In this document: piece after piece, positions 25,265 to 38,500 of the stretch | Position numbering within the stretch: the first letter of the stretch is position 1 | Layout: each line of letters starts with the position of its first letter | Assembly (NCBI GenBank): GCA_002633005.1 | Contig: NMRA01000073.1 | Location: 62,001 to 126,000 of the forward strand | Direction of reading: 5' to 3' | DNA from: Phoronis australis | Lineage: Eukaryota; Animalia; Phoronida | Length of the DNA stretch: 64,000 nt | Notes under the pieces: generated by a model | What the model was told of the DNA's origin: nothing | Database searches by the model: none | Seen by the model: the letters and a program-made list of their open reading frames with translations, nothing else | Translations under genes and position numbers: made by a program

Positions 25265-25368
25265 AATGGTTGGATATAACGTGCTTGAATTTTGAGAACC
25301 AGTTTTCTCCACTGAATAACCGGCATCAAACTGATTCTCAAAATACGAGCACATTATATCCGACTATT
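25265..25368. mobile_element. Short palindromic MITE-like element
   Basis: ggttggatataacgtgcttgaattttgagaaccagttt / aaactgattctcaaaatacgagcacattatatccgact; related fragment near 13885. Confidence 0.65.
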
Positions 25369-26003
25369 GCCGCATGTGCCTGGAGACTGCTGGAGTGTCA
25401 CTAGGACATTTTGTAAAAGTTCACTGGTGGATATGAAACAAAGAAACTTTTGTGATATATTCTTTTACATGACCTTGTTTGCAATGGGTTTTCCCCGAGT
25501 ATATTTCTTTCAAATCCTTGTAGTTTCAGGGATATTCCTGACTAGGTTTGAACCTGTGCCTTTTTACAAAAAGTTGTGCCCACCATACTTAGTGGTTGGT
25601 AACATATGAAATAGAAACCTCCAAGGGCAATCGAAATAACAACAGATTCATGTTTATGTTGCATTTTTATTTGAAATTTCCAAACAAAAAGGCGATCAGA
25701 CAAAGACTTCAGACAGACTGTTCAGCTGTGGCGGAATAAGAACAGTCATTTTACGTATATGTAAAATCTGACATGCCAAACCAAAAAGCAGGCAATCTGG
25801 CTGTATATGCGTTTTTAAAGATGTGCAGTGCTACAATGTACAAGCACCTTTTATTTGTTATGCACTAATGGAGCAAAGGCATGGTCCAGGAAAATCCCCG
25901 AAGTTTTATAAATACACAGAAAAAAATCATTTTTCAGTTGAAAGAGAATGGCTCAATTTTAATTAGATTGAACTCAAGATGCTAATGAACCTGTATGCTT
26001 TAA

Positions 26004-26174
26004 CAGCGGCAGATTTAGAGGGGGGCCAAGGGGGCCATGGCCCCCATAAAATTCCCCCAGATTAGCAGTTCGGCCATGGCCCCGTAAAATTCCCCCAGAT
26101 TAGCAGTTCGGGGGCAAAATCCTGGCTAATACTCTGGCCTGCCCCTCCAACTCAAAATCCTGGATCCGCCCCTG
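26004..26174. mobile_element. hAT-like MITE (CAGGGGCGGATC-type ends)
   Basis: cagcggcagatttag ... ctggatccgcccctg; internal duplication of ggccatggcccc..aaaattcccccagattagcagttcgg; no clean 8-bp TSD. Confidence 0.65.
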
Positions 26175-27581
26175 TTTAAAACATGCAAATTGGTCTAGTC
26201 ACAAACAAGAATCCTAGTATATATTCATCAATGTTAAATTAGAAACCTTGGTATTACAGACTATCAGAGCCAGCACACGACAATACCTTGGGGGTTTCAG
26301 TGCACAACAACCTGTGAATGAGGCATTTGCTCTGTCTCTCTCTGAGGAATGCTAGAGATTTCACACATTGAAGTTTATTTACTTTGGAGTACTGAGGTCA
26401 AGGACTGGGAATTCTCCAAAGCCATATGCTAATTAAGACAGAAAAAGAATATTTTGTACTTGAGAGGAAAAGCATTTTTCATCAGTTTCCAACACAAAAA
26501 GAACAAAAATTGTAAAAAGGATTAAAAAAACACAAAGAAGTAAGAAACTAATATGTTAAAAAATTCAAGACTCTTATCAATTAGTCTTAATGGAATTCAC
26601 AGAAATTAAAAAAAGAGTTCAGAACTCAAAAACAATGGTAAGCTTTCAACACTTAAAAGTTTCAATCTTTGTACAAATAAATGGAATCAAGGTGGGAAGC
26701 TGAGATTCCAATCTGTCCGATTGGTATGCATGATCTTAAGGTCAAGAGGGGTTTACACACACCCACTAAAAGAAATATGGGTGAAATAAAACTGTGCACT
26801 TTTAGTTTATTTTCAGTGCTGTCACATGACACTATTATGACATCAAAACAGACTTGAGCATCAGATTTTGACCATAACATGAAGCAATACAGATTTGACA
26901 AAATCCATTATCAGCTGCAGACCATCTTTCTCCTACAGTTTCCAGAATTTCAATGTGTTGAAACAGACTGTCTGATGACATTTTTTAAACAAGTCACATA
27001 TTTCTGGCCCTTTCATACTAATGTTGACGAGGCGTCCATGTTTTGGGGAGTTGCGGTCAGTATAAGAATGGTTATCTTTGGTCTTGAATCGATATTTACA
27101 GGGCCAGATAACTTTGCAATAAACAGGTGAATTACAGTGGAGCGTCAACACTGTAGCATAGTGTAATCGGTCAACTTCAGTGTCATCAAAATTATCACCA
27201 GGGGACACTGCTATCGTCCATAAAGGGCAGTGTCGCTACTGATATTAGCAAATATTTTTGCTCAAATAATCACTAGTTGAATTTGAAACAGGTTTGATGT
27301 CAATTACCTCAAATGTTCTAAACTTGTAACATTAAAAAAGTGCTAGGGACAAAAAACCCGTCATTTCTCAGTCTACCTAAAATGTTACCTCATGCATCAG
27401 TGCTACCTTGTGATCTTCGATGCCTTTACCTCCCGAAGCTGGTATGAAGAATTTAACTAACTTTACAGTTAACACAACACTCCGCTCATACCATATTTAA
27501 GTTAGTATGAAGGGCCAATCAAAAAGCAGAAAATCTTTCATCTTCCACATCAATAAAATTAAGATTTGTAGTTATAGCTAG

Positions 27582-28118
27582 CATACTTGGCAACTGTCTC
27601 ACTTTTGAAGGGACTGTCCCCCTATTTGAGGGACTGTCCCCCTATTTGAGGAGTTGTCCCACACCTCGCCATAACATCAAATGTCTTTCTTTTTAACCAC
27701 TGACACAGAGAAATTGTCTTTTGTGTTTCTGTATACTTCTCCAAACCATGTGCATGCGAGTTTGCAATTTTACATGCACAACCAAAAAATGATGTTGGGG
27801 TGTTTTTAGGTGTTGAAGCAGAAATTTGCCTCATGCAGTATAGCATAGCTAAATTGAGATGTCCTGTCTTCATTTTCGAATGTTGGCAACTACATATCAA
27901 AGAATTTCAAAATTAAAGTTTTTTCAAATTCATGAAGGCTCGAGACTGCTGACAGTGAGATAATTTGAGAGGATGTTCCATGGCTCCTTGTATAGATATT
28001 AGCCTTAGTGACTTACATGGTGGAAATTGGCAACATTTTTAGGGTCAATTAATTGGAAACCCTTTACAATTCGAGGCTCAATTTTGATTAGATTTTGAGC
28101 AACAGTTTTGGCAAGGCT
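27582..28118. mobile_element. Degenerate hAT-like element with subterminal gggactgtccccc repeats
   Basis: catacttggcaac ... ttttggcaaggctg imperfect TIR; ~21-bp tandem subrepeats at 27595-27660. Confidence 0.35.
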
Positions 28119-31100
28119 GTTCGCTATGGCTATGACGAATGAAAGGGGTTCAGTGTTAGTCCAACTGGCAAGAGATGACTTTGCCCTTTGCTACCAGACA
28201 AAAATTTGGATGTGGATGAGGTGATTTTGCCCAGTTTATCAAAGTTTAAATTTAATGATATGCGAAGATTTACATGTAGCTGTGGAGAAATCACTTCATT
28301 GATGTGAATTTTCACAATTTTAGCAAGACTGGAATCCATTTTACTGTCTAGAAAGTGATTTCTACTTGATGTTTTTCCTCAGCGATGATGTTGACGACAA
28401 GTAGTCAAATCGTTACAACACTTAAAGTAGCCGTATACTTTTGCATCGAATTGATCTAGAAATTAACAGAATTCCCAAAATCGCCAGTATGAAAAGTCCA
28501 ATATTGGATGGAGTGTGTACAACATGGGTTCTATAGTGACTTCTCACTGATATATATTGAAGTTACATAACAAAACATATACTTACAACTGCAAACATAT
28601 TAATATGTCCACAAAACATAGGTATCACAGTGATACATCCCCAGTCAACACCAAGGAGCACATAACTGTGGTTTCTGGACACAAACTGTGTGGTGATTCA
28701 TTATTCAATATTGGGTGTCAACTATATAGTTTTTCTTTGTTGAACCTTTTTACATTACTTACGCACGAGAACAATAGGTGAACTTGGGTGGAAGCTTAAA
28801 ATACAAGTTTTCAAAATCCGTCACAAGCACAAATGAATGTAGCTGAACAATAAGAATAATTATCAACAATGAAATATATGTGAGGGTTACTGGGTACTAT
28901 CAGGCACCAGCATACAACAGTGGTTGATTAAGTAAAAGGGGCATGATGGCATTTATGGTACAGAACATTCTCAATAAAGACCAAGGCACCTAGACATCCA
29001 TGCCTGTGCACAAAGTTATCTACTCATGCAAGCTATTCCACCTTCATGGATGCATATTTCCCTTCAGTCGTATTTTTTGCATCTCATTGATAGTCAACTA
29101 CAATACATTATCACGCAATCTTTCCACATTAAAACATCAGAAAGAGTAGTTAAACTAATAGGGTATGATTATCACTATGTTTAAATTGAAAGCCTAAAAA
29201 TTCTGGGTGATGTTTACAAAACTACCGATTAGGGCTCATGACTTGAGACCTGCACCTAACGTCAAGTGCAATTCCGAAACGGACACAGTGCAAATGCTGT
29301 TTGTTTGTAACTGGTAAGCATGTTATGCCAGTGTTCCGTGCTTAGCAAGTCAAACGTGTGACCTGGCGAAATTCCCAGGCAAACAAGGAAAAGATGTACG
29401 GTGAGTGGGGGGAGGGGGGGGGTTCGGGCTCTTGGAAATGACACATAGAAACGACAAACTCGGCAAATGTTCCCCAAGTTTTTGTTTTGGTCGGTCGAAC
29501 CCCAAAACTTAGAGTCTGGCACACACCAAGTTGTCCTAGAGTCCATTACTACAACCTTGTTCAGGCTCACATTCTATATGGTAGATGCAGACAATTCAAA
29601 CATTTTTCCTGAGCATGACTCATAAATGGACCCTTCAGATTTTGCCGAACGATTCCAATTACTGCCTGTTTACTACTTATATTATTTTGAGTACATAATC
29701 TGATGTGTGTGTGGCGACCTGGATTTTTACCATGTTAAATAACAAAATCTGAGGTCACATTGGTCACCAGCAGGTTGCCAAATCAAGCTCTGTATATTGG
29801 GAACTGAAATTCTTTGAGGTAAAATTCACAGTCCTAAACCTTTTAAATCCCGACTATTAAATTTGGAGTGACAGCATTAACTGAACATAGAACCTTGAAG
29901 GTATTTTTTTCTAAAATTACTAAAAGACAGCAGTAAATAGAAAGATGCTGGTATTAATCCAGATCAAAGTACATGCAGTCCTTGAACAATCATAGAATCA
30001 GAAAAACTGTGTTGAGGGGCACTAAGTGTTTATTACATTGACAATTTGTCCCACAAATCTTGTTAATTATTGAAATGATGACCATGCAATGGCCATTTAT
30101 TGTTCACAAATGACTGGCTATTCCCATCAAGAGCAACCCTACTGTCATGTGACTAAAATAACAGGGCTCCAGCCTCCAGTGTGACAACTGACTGAGTGGT
30201 ACACTTGTACTTGTATCAAAATTTCACCGTAATAAAGTGATATAGTCACTGAAAAACACCACTTACTAATGACTGAACTTCTTGCTCCTCTTAAACCACA
30301 CAAAAAAGTTGAATGTATCAGACAAGCAGATACTGAGAGTGAAAGTTGGAGGCAAGCCATGCGACACTTGGAACTTTGCCATTGCCTCAGAGTACTTTTT
30401 ACGAACTATTCAAAAGCTTTCAAAATGAAAATTAAAAAATACTATTGTCGACCCCTGTGTTTTATGATGGGCCTGATCACTTAGAGAATGATAACATCAA
30501 TAGCCGGAGGCCATTTATGGCAGATTTTGAGGTACACAAACTGGTTGACCAATCTTGACCGGTGAGGGAGTGAATGTAGGATTCTTTTCATGCTGGCAGC
30601 AAAGTCAGCATGATCCATTCAAAAGCCTGACAACATGTTAGTTTTGACACATTGTAAAATTATGTAAGAGGATATGGCAGCATTTTCAGAGTGGTTGTAA
30701 ATTTCCCAGGAAATATCATTTTGACCAATAAAGTTTGAAATCATTGCGCTCTGCTCTGCATACCATGTAACGTATTTTGACGGCATGTGGAATAAAGAAG
30801 GCTGAATAATCAGTAAGTTGTTTTTAATTATTTAATGTTCATACGTTAACCTTGTTCTGAATATTTGATACGATATTTGAGAACAGGAACTGGTTCATTA
30901 TAGTAATCCTTTTTGGTCTTTGTTTTCAGTCAGCAACTCCCATACATGTACTGATCAGAAGTTAATGTTAAAAAGTTCAAATAAAAATTATAAAGAAAGT
31001 GTGCATTGCAATTTTGCAACTCTAAAACAATCATGTTTGAAGTTTGCAACACATGCTGTTTGCTTTACTATTTATTCATAAATGGTTTAGCCAGTCATTT

Positions 31101-31634
31101 CTTATTAATTTTGAAAGGCTGTTTGGGTGAAAACACAAGCAAAATTAATGACTTGAATTGAATAGAATACGAAAAAAATGGTAATGCATTATATTCAAAA
31201 ATAAGCCTGTAGCCCTATATTTGGCAGCATTGCAAAATTGTTTAAGTGTCACCTGAACATACCCACTCCATCAGTAACTAGTGACTGTGACAATCCTATG
31301 AAATTCAATGTAGATTTGCTTTGGTCACATAACTGTTTCTAACTTGAACCAAGCAGTGTAGAGAAGGGATAGTTGTAATTTGTGCTAGCTCTAACCAACA
31401 ACAATATAGGGAAACATGCAAATGCGTATTCTAAAATGTGTTGACACATTTTGTTTTGCTTTTGCCAGGAGACATGATGTCAGTTGTTCGTGCTGAGAAA
31501 GAGTTCAAATAACCAACGGCCTCCTAAGGTGTCCCTCTATGTACATAGCAACATACTTTGATGGCTTAATCAGTGTGGGATGTCCACCGTCTCTACTGCT
31601 GCTGCCATTGGGCCAGGTTAGACAGTGACCACCG

Positions 31635-32178
31635 GTCTCTAGCTGGCTCAGTAGAGACGGTGTAGCTCCTATAGGTGCTCCATACGCCGAAAGCTTTTCA
31701 GGCAATTATGCCTCACAGTACACACCGACTGAAACATTAATGTCACATTGTAATAAATACAGTATATGCATAGTGGGAGAACTTAGAAGCCCGTCGATGT
31801 CTTTGATTCCTTCCAACTCGCACAAATACTTTTTCTTCGAGCAGTCCCTCGTCCAGTTGGTAATTGGCCATTTTTACACTGCACAGGCCAGAGGATATGA
31901 CATCATACCACCTGCCGCACGCGGTGTTAAAAATGGTCAGTTACCAATTTTGGGAACTGAATGAAGGACTGCTCAAAGAAAAAGATAACGGGAGTATTTG
32001 ATCGAGTTGGAAGGAATTAAAGACATAGACAGTCTCCTAAGGTGTCCCTGTACGCGCATAAGGTCTTTATAATGTGACTTTGATGTTTTAGTGGGTGTGA
32101 GGAATAATTGCCCGAAAAGCTTCCGGCGTATGAAGCACCTATAGGAGCTACACCGTCTCTACTGAGCCAGCTAGAGAC
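31635..32178. mobile_element. ~545-bp almost fully palindromic foldback element
   Basis: Outer 45 bp gtctctagctggctcagtagagacggtgtagctcctataggtgct perfectly inverted; imperfect pairing continues to the centre near 31900; a related fragment at 31520-31600. Confidence 0.88.
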
Positions 32179-32352
32179 AGTACTATTAGTAACTGTCTAG
32201 GGACAGTTGACAGTTGTGAGTTGAGACGGGGATGCCAAAAGAAGACTTGAAAGTTCAGGAAATGAAGATGACCGACTACAACCAACCGCACATGACAATG
32301 CTAGACTAATCGTTTCGTCTGTCAGTGCAACACGTACATATTTAACGCATAC

Positions 32353-32576
32353 CTCTTTATGATCCTTTGTTTGTTAACAGGTAAAAACAGCTGCCAATCA
32401 CATTTTTCTCTGGGAGACCGATTTGTTTATTTCTCGCCAGTCACTTCCATTCTCGCGATAACTGTCATGGCTGCTCCCAGGGAATAAGATTTTCAATCGG
32501 ATTCACAGTTAGAACCTTTTACCAATTTCCATCTCCATTAAATGTTAGAAGTGTCAAGTTACAGTAGGCCTACAAT
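32353..32576. promoter_or_regulatory. Bidirectional promoter between BTB gene (putative non-coding exon 1 ending at 32353) and FRG1
   Basis: Minus-strand donor GAG|gtatgc at 32353/32352; FRG1 ATG at 32577; CCAAT 32394, ETS-like CACTTCC ~32442, TCTCGCGATA 32451, ATGGCTGC 32467. Confidence 0.6.
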
Positions 32577-35500
32577 ATGTCTGACTCCTACTCATTCGTC
32601 AAAAGTGGTAAATTGAAGTTGAAGGGCTCTAAGAGTAAAAGGTATAGCTTATAGGTGGTCTGTCGACTGTCGTCTTGTCTGAGTGAGGCCATGTTTGTCA
32701 TTTCGACTTTTGTCAGTTGTGTATTTGTAGCCTTCAGTTCAGGGTCGAGTTTAATAACGCTCAGTAGAAAAACAAGATCTCGCTTAATTCTGCAAGATAT
32801 CACTGTGCATTTTTCAATGAGGGCATCTGATTTTGGCCAGATTTTTCTTGCCGCAAGGCGAAAAACATCTATTGAACTCTACCCAGGCTTACCATTTCTG
32901 TATAGCCAGGTAACTAGCTGTAAAGACTAATGTCAAATACAGCTAAAAACTGCTGTGTGTTAACCTCACACCATGTGGGTTGTTCTGCGTTTTGTCTTGT
33001 TATGTAACTTATATCAACAAGTTAGCTAATGTCTGGGTTAGTAGGCAATTAATCGTCCTGAATACCGGCGAAGGTATACAGGAGCAATAGTACATCCCCA
33101 TAAAAAATTACTAATTTCAAAACACAGCTAATCAAATTGAATTAAGCATGCATATATGCACATGGAGTTATAATTAACATATACCATGACTCTGGATACA
33201 ATTTAATCAACATATCTTGAACATAGCCATGAAAATCTTGTGCGGTTCGCTCAAGTTTCTGTCACCGAGTGCCATTTTGAAGAAGTTACGTGAAATCACA
33301 CCTGTAGACATACAAAAATCCAAGGAACAAAAATCTTACTAATTTCTCCTGATATTTTGGAAGTGTCACGCGCCAGGTCACGCGCTTCACTTAGTCTCGC
33401 GCTAGTCTTTGCCTAACTCACGCGACTCAGTTGAAATACTTTGTGGTTATCGCGTGCACAGTGAAAACGTTAACAATGACCAAAAAAGTTGGACTTCTTT
33501 GCCAAAGTCACCTTAATTCTCATAGATATGCTTTATCGAATATATTTATAGAAGCAGAACGGATCATTGAGGAAAGAAAGTGGTTATTCAAGTGATAGTT
33601 TTTGGTGTAGAATGTATTTTTGACGTGGTGAAAACTCTTAATCTGTGAGAGGATTTCGCCTACTGCCTGTTTAAAATCACGGGACGAAATTAGTACAAAA
33701 AGCAATGGGAAGTATTGTAGACCGTAACCAGCTAACGGACCAACCAACCGAGGGGCTATGTGTTGCTTACTGGCTTAAGTACAATTCATGCAAAATCAGG
33801 ATATTTAGCGACACTCACCTAAGTGACACTCACCTTGCCCATTGCAGCTGTTTAAGTAAATCAATCTGACAAACGTCATTTTCTTGCACAATTGTCTGGC
33901 CTTTGCCACAAAGGCACAAAGAAAAGACTTGAAAACAATATGCTCATGACCCGTGCATGCACCAAGTGCTAACTTTTTCTTTCGGGAGGTGATGACAGCT
34001 TTGAAAAGAAATGTTTGCTCAGAAATTTTGTGTTCAAGTTTGGGTTTAGAGAGGTCCCCCTCTATTCATTTGTGTTTGACCTCAAGCATATTGAAAGTAA
34101 TTTAGGTCCTTTATCAATTTTCTTGGCAGATAAAGTAACGAATCAGAAAAAATCTTGACAGCTGGCGTTTCTGTTTAAAACACCTGTGTGGCCTCCAAAG
34201 GTATCCCACTCTGCTTGAAAGATACTTATTACCTGATTTTGGTAGTTCAGCCGTCGTGGAGGAAAATTCTCAGGCGTACATGAAATAATTAGGATGTGCC
34301 ACTGCCTATTTTGTCGTAGTTGCCTTCCTATCAAAATGATAAAGTGGGACATCTGCCTCCAGGTTACTGCAAGAGCAAGGCATGCATCTGCTAAACCCAG
34401 CGTTGTAGTGACCAGGTTTTTTCTCTTTGGTTATGCTTGTGTGTAATAACACAGAAACTTCTTGCTATGCATGAACTCAAAGTCGTGTGAATATGTTAAT
34501 GTTATTGTGTAGGCCATTCTGATGCTGTGACAACTTAGAGCACCACAAAGCATGACTGTCCTGCTAAAAGCAGAACAGTTGTCAACAATGGTGTGGTACT
34601 TAATGTAGTGTGTTGATGGGCTAGTGCCTGTAGGTTACCCTGCCTAACACGTGACCATGACAAGACCAGTTTACTTAATGTTTTCCATAGGAAATATATT
34701 TACTTCAGTTAAAACCTTACCAATTTGATGTAAAAATAAGTCACTGCAATAATTATTTTACTGGTAAATAATCAATGACTTACTCATATGAAAATTGTTC
34801 ACAGTCGCATCTTTGAGTGAAGAGAACAGTAATGCCTGCATTAGAGTAGTAACTTATTTTGTAGGCAAAACTTGTAGTGACTCTGGCTTAATTTAGTCAC
34901 TAAGTTTAACCCATGGCCACATTCACAAAAACCCTGCATAAAGTGTTAGTTTCTACCCTATTTTCTATTTTTTGGCTACATCACTCTGTCATACACCATT
35001 CAATGAATAACATGAGGTTATAGTTGTACGTCACTGAGTCGTACAAAATCACTAGAATAACATGAAGTTATAGTGATCGTACGCTACTGTGTCATACACC
35101 ATCACGGCAATAACGTGAGGATTATAGTTGAATAATATTATATTTCAGTCACAAGAAACATAAAAAGAGCAAGAAGAGAAAACATGAAGAAGACACAGAT
35201 TGTGGATCACATATTGATGCTTCAGATACCAAGAAACATGGTAACCTACTTTCTCTAACAGTGACATTGGAAACATTAAACACACGGATTCCAGGTTATC
35301 TGATAATATTATTCCATACTTTCAAAAGACCTGTTCAGCTGAAGCACAGTCAAACATTTAGTCAAATAGTACATAACTTCATTTTCCTGACAGGTTCTGA
35401 GGTACACTCTTCATTCTCAAAAGTACAAGAACCAACGTGATGTAAAGGTCAAGGTTACAAGTAAAAAGCCATGCTGGTGAAAGGCAGGATAGGTTGTTAG

Positions 35501-38500
35501 GCTTTCACTAGCTTTAAGATCAGTGGTCTGTTTGCTCTTGTATTATTGACCTATCATGTGTCACACCTTCATGACCTTTTACTTGTTTCGCTAACCTTTA
35601 CATCATGCTCATTCTTGTACCTTTGAGAATGAGGAGTGCACCTTGAAACATGTCAGGAAAACGAAAGTTGTGTACTATTTGGGTAGTTATTAAATATTTC
35701 TTACTTGTTTTGTTGTATTAGTTTTTTCAGATGTTCATTACAAAAATATAACATTAGCTAGTCCACCGATATCAAAACAATGATATTAAGTATCAGTCCA
35801 CGGATCCATGTTTAGTCTGATAAATCACATTAGGGATGAGAGAAAATGAGTGAAGTATGACACTACAAAGTTTGGTGGTTTAGGAGATACAAGGGAAGTG
35901 TTCTGGGGGGCAAAATGAGGCAATTTCTTGGTGTGGAATGAGTCATTTTTTACCAAATTTTCTATTCCAGTTTCTGCTTCAAACAGAATCGTTTCTGAAC
36001 AATTTTGATATCACATGATAGGTTCATGACCAATGTCAGTAAAAACGGCACCGACACTGCAATATCGGTTACCATGGTAACACTGGAACTGTTTCCGTGG
36101 AGGTACGTTTCCGTCTTGTGAAAAACCAGCAGTAAGCTGTACCCTNCGGTGAAAACGTTAACAGTGACCAAAAAAGTTGGACTTCTTTGCCAAAGTCACT
36201 TTAATTCTCATAGATATGCTTTATTGAAGATATGTATGGAAGCAGAATGGATCATTGAAGAAAGAAAGTGGTTATTTAAGTGATAGTTTTAAGTATTGAA
36301 TGTATTTTTGACGTGGTGAAAACTCTTAATCTGTGAGAGGATTTCACCTTCTGCCTGTTTAAGATACACGGGACGAAATTAGTACAAAAAGCAATGGGAA
36401 GTATTGTAGACCCTAACCAGCTAACGGACCAACCAACCAAGGGGCTATGTGTTGCTTACTGGCTTAAGTACAATTCATGCAAAATCAGGAAATTTAGCGA
36501 CACTCACCTAAGTGACACTCACCTTGCCCATTGTAGCCGTTTAAGTAAATCAATCTGACAAACGTCATTTTCTTGCACAATTGTCTGGCCTTTACCACAA
36601 AGGCGCAAAGAAAAATCTGTTGTTGACTTGAAAACAATATGCTCATGCCCCGTGCATGCACCAAGTGCTAACTTTTTCTTTCGGGAGGTGATGACAGTTT
36701 TGAAAAGAAATGTTTGCTCAGAAATTTTGTGTTCAAGTTTGGGTTTAGAGAGGTCCCTCTCTATTCATTTGTGTTTGACCTCAAGCATATTGAAAGTAAT
36801 TTAGGTCCTTTATCAATTTTCTTGGCAGATAAAGTAACGAATCAGAAAAAATCTTGCCAGCTGGCATTTCTGTTTAAAACACCTGTGTGGCCTCCAAAGG
36901 TATCCCACTCTGCTTGAAAGATACTTATTACCTGATTTTGGTAGTTCAGCCGTCATGGAGGAAAATCTCAGGCATACATGAAATAATTAGGATGTGCCGC
37001 TGCCTATTTTGTCGGTAGTTGCCTTCCTATCAAAATGAAAAAGTGGGATATCTGCCTCCAGGTTACTGCAAGAGCAAGGCATGCATGTGCTAAACCCAGC
37101 GTTGTAGTGACAAGGGTTTTTCTCTTTGGTTATGCTTGTGTGTAATAACACAGAAACTTCTTGCTATGCATGAACTTAAAGTGGTGTGAATATGTTAATG
37201 TTATTGTGTAGGCCATTCTGATGCTGTGGCAACTTAGAGCATCACAAAGCATGACTGTCCTGCTAAAAGCAGACCAGTTGTCAACAATGGTATGGTACTT
37301 AATGTAGTGTGTTGATGGGCTAGTGCCTGTAGGTTACCCTGCCTAACACTTGACCATGACAAGACCAGTTTACTTAATGTTTTCCATAGGAAATATATTT
37401 ACTTCAGTTAAAACCTTACCAATTTGATGTAAAAATAAGTCACTGCAATAATTTTTACTGGTAAATAATCAATGACTTACTCATATGAAAATTATTCACA
37501 GTCGCATCTTTGAGTGAAGAGAACAGTAATGCATGCATAAGAGTAGTAACCTATTTTGTAGGCAAAACTTGTAGTGACTCTGGCTTAATTTAGTCACTAA
37601 GTTCAACCCATGGCCACGTTCACAAAAACCCTGTATAAAGTTTTAGTTTCTACCGTATTTTCTATTTTTTGGCTACATCACTCTGTCATACACCATTTAA
37701 TGAATAACACGAGGTTATAGTTGTACGTCACTGAGTCATACAAAATCACTGGAGTAACATGAAGTTATAGTGATTGTATGCTACTGTGTCATACACCATC
37801 ACGGCAATAACGTGAGGATTATAGTTGAATAATCTTATATTTCAGTCACAAGAAACATAAAAAGAGCAAGAAGAGAAAACATGAAGAAGACACAGATTGT
37901 GGATCACATACTGATGCTTCAGATACCAAGAAACATGGTAACCTACTTTCTCTAACAGTGACATTGGAAACATTAAACACAGATTCCAGGTTATCTGATA
38001 ATATTATTCCATACTTTCAAAAGACTTGTTCAGCAGAAGCACAGTCAAACATTTAGTCAAATAGTACATAACTTCATTTTCCTGACAGGTTCCGAGGTAT
38101 ACTCTTCCTTCTCAAAGGTAACCAATACGATGTAAAGGTCAAGGTTACAAATAAAAGGCCATGCTGGTGAAAGACAGGATAGGTTGTTAGGCTTTCACTA
38201 GCTTTAAGATCAGTGGTCTGTTTGCTCTTGTATTATTGACCTATCATGTGTCACACCTTCATGACCTTTTACTTGTTTCCTTGACCTTTACATCATGCCC
38301 ATTCTTGTACCTTTGAGAATGAGGAGTGCACCTCGAAACATGTCAGGAAAATGAAAGTTGTGTACTATTTGGGTAGTTATTAAATATTTCTTACTTGTTT
38401 TGTTTTATTAGTTTTTTCAGATGTTCATTACAAAAATATAACATTAGCTAGTCCACTGATATCAAAACAATGGTATTAATAGCATAACCATGTTTCAAAC

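Noticed and set aside
17131-32350. Numerous 60-160 aa ORFs as a hidden gene cluster
   Set aside because: No recognisable domains, several lie in MITEs, and the numbers fit chance in six frames
33985-34030. Intronic C/D snoRNA (GTGATGA box)
   Set aside because: Lies within an interspersed repeat, with no terminal stem or well-placed D box; other C-box-like hits were equally unsupported
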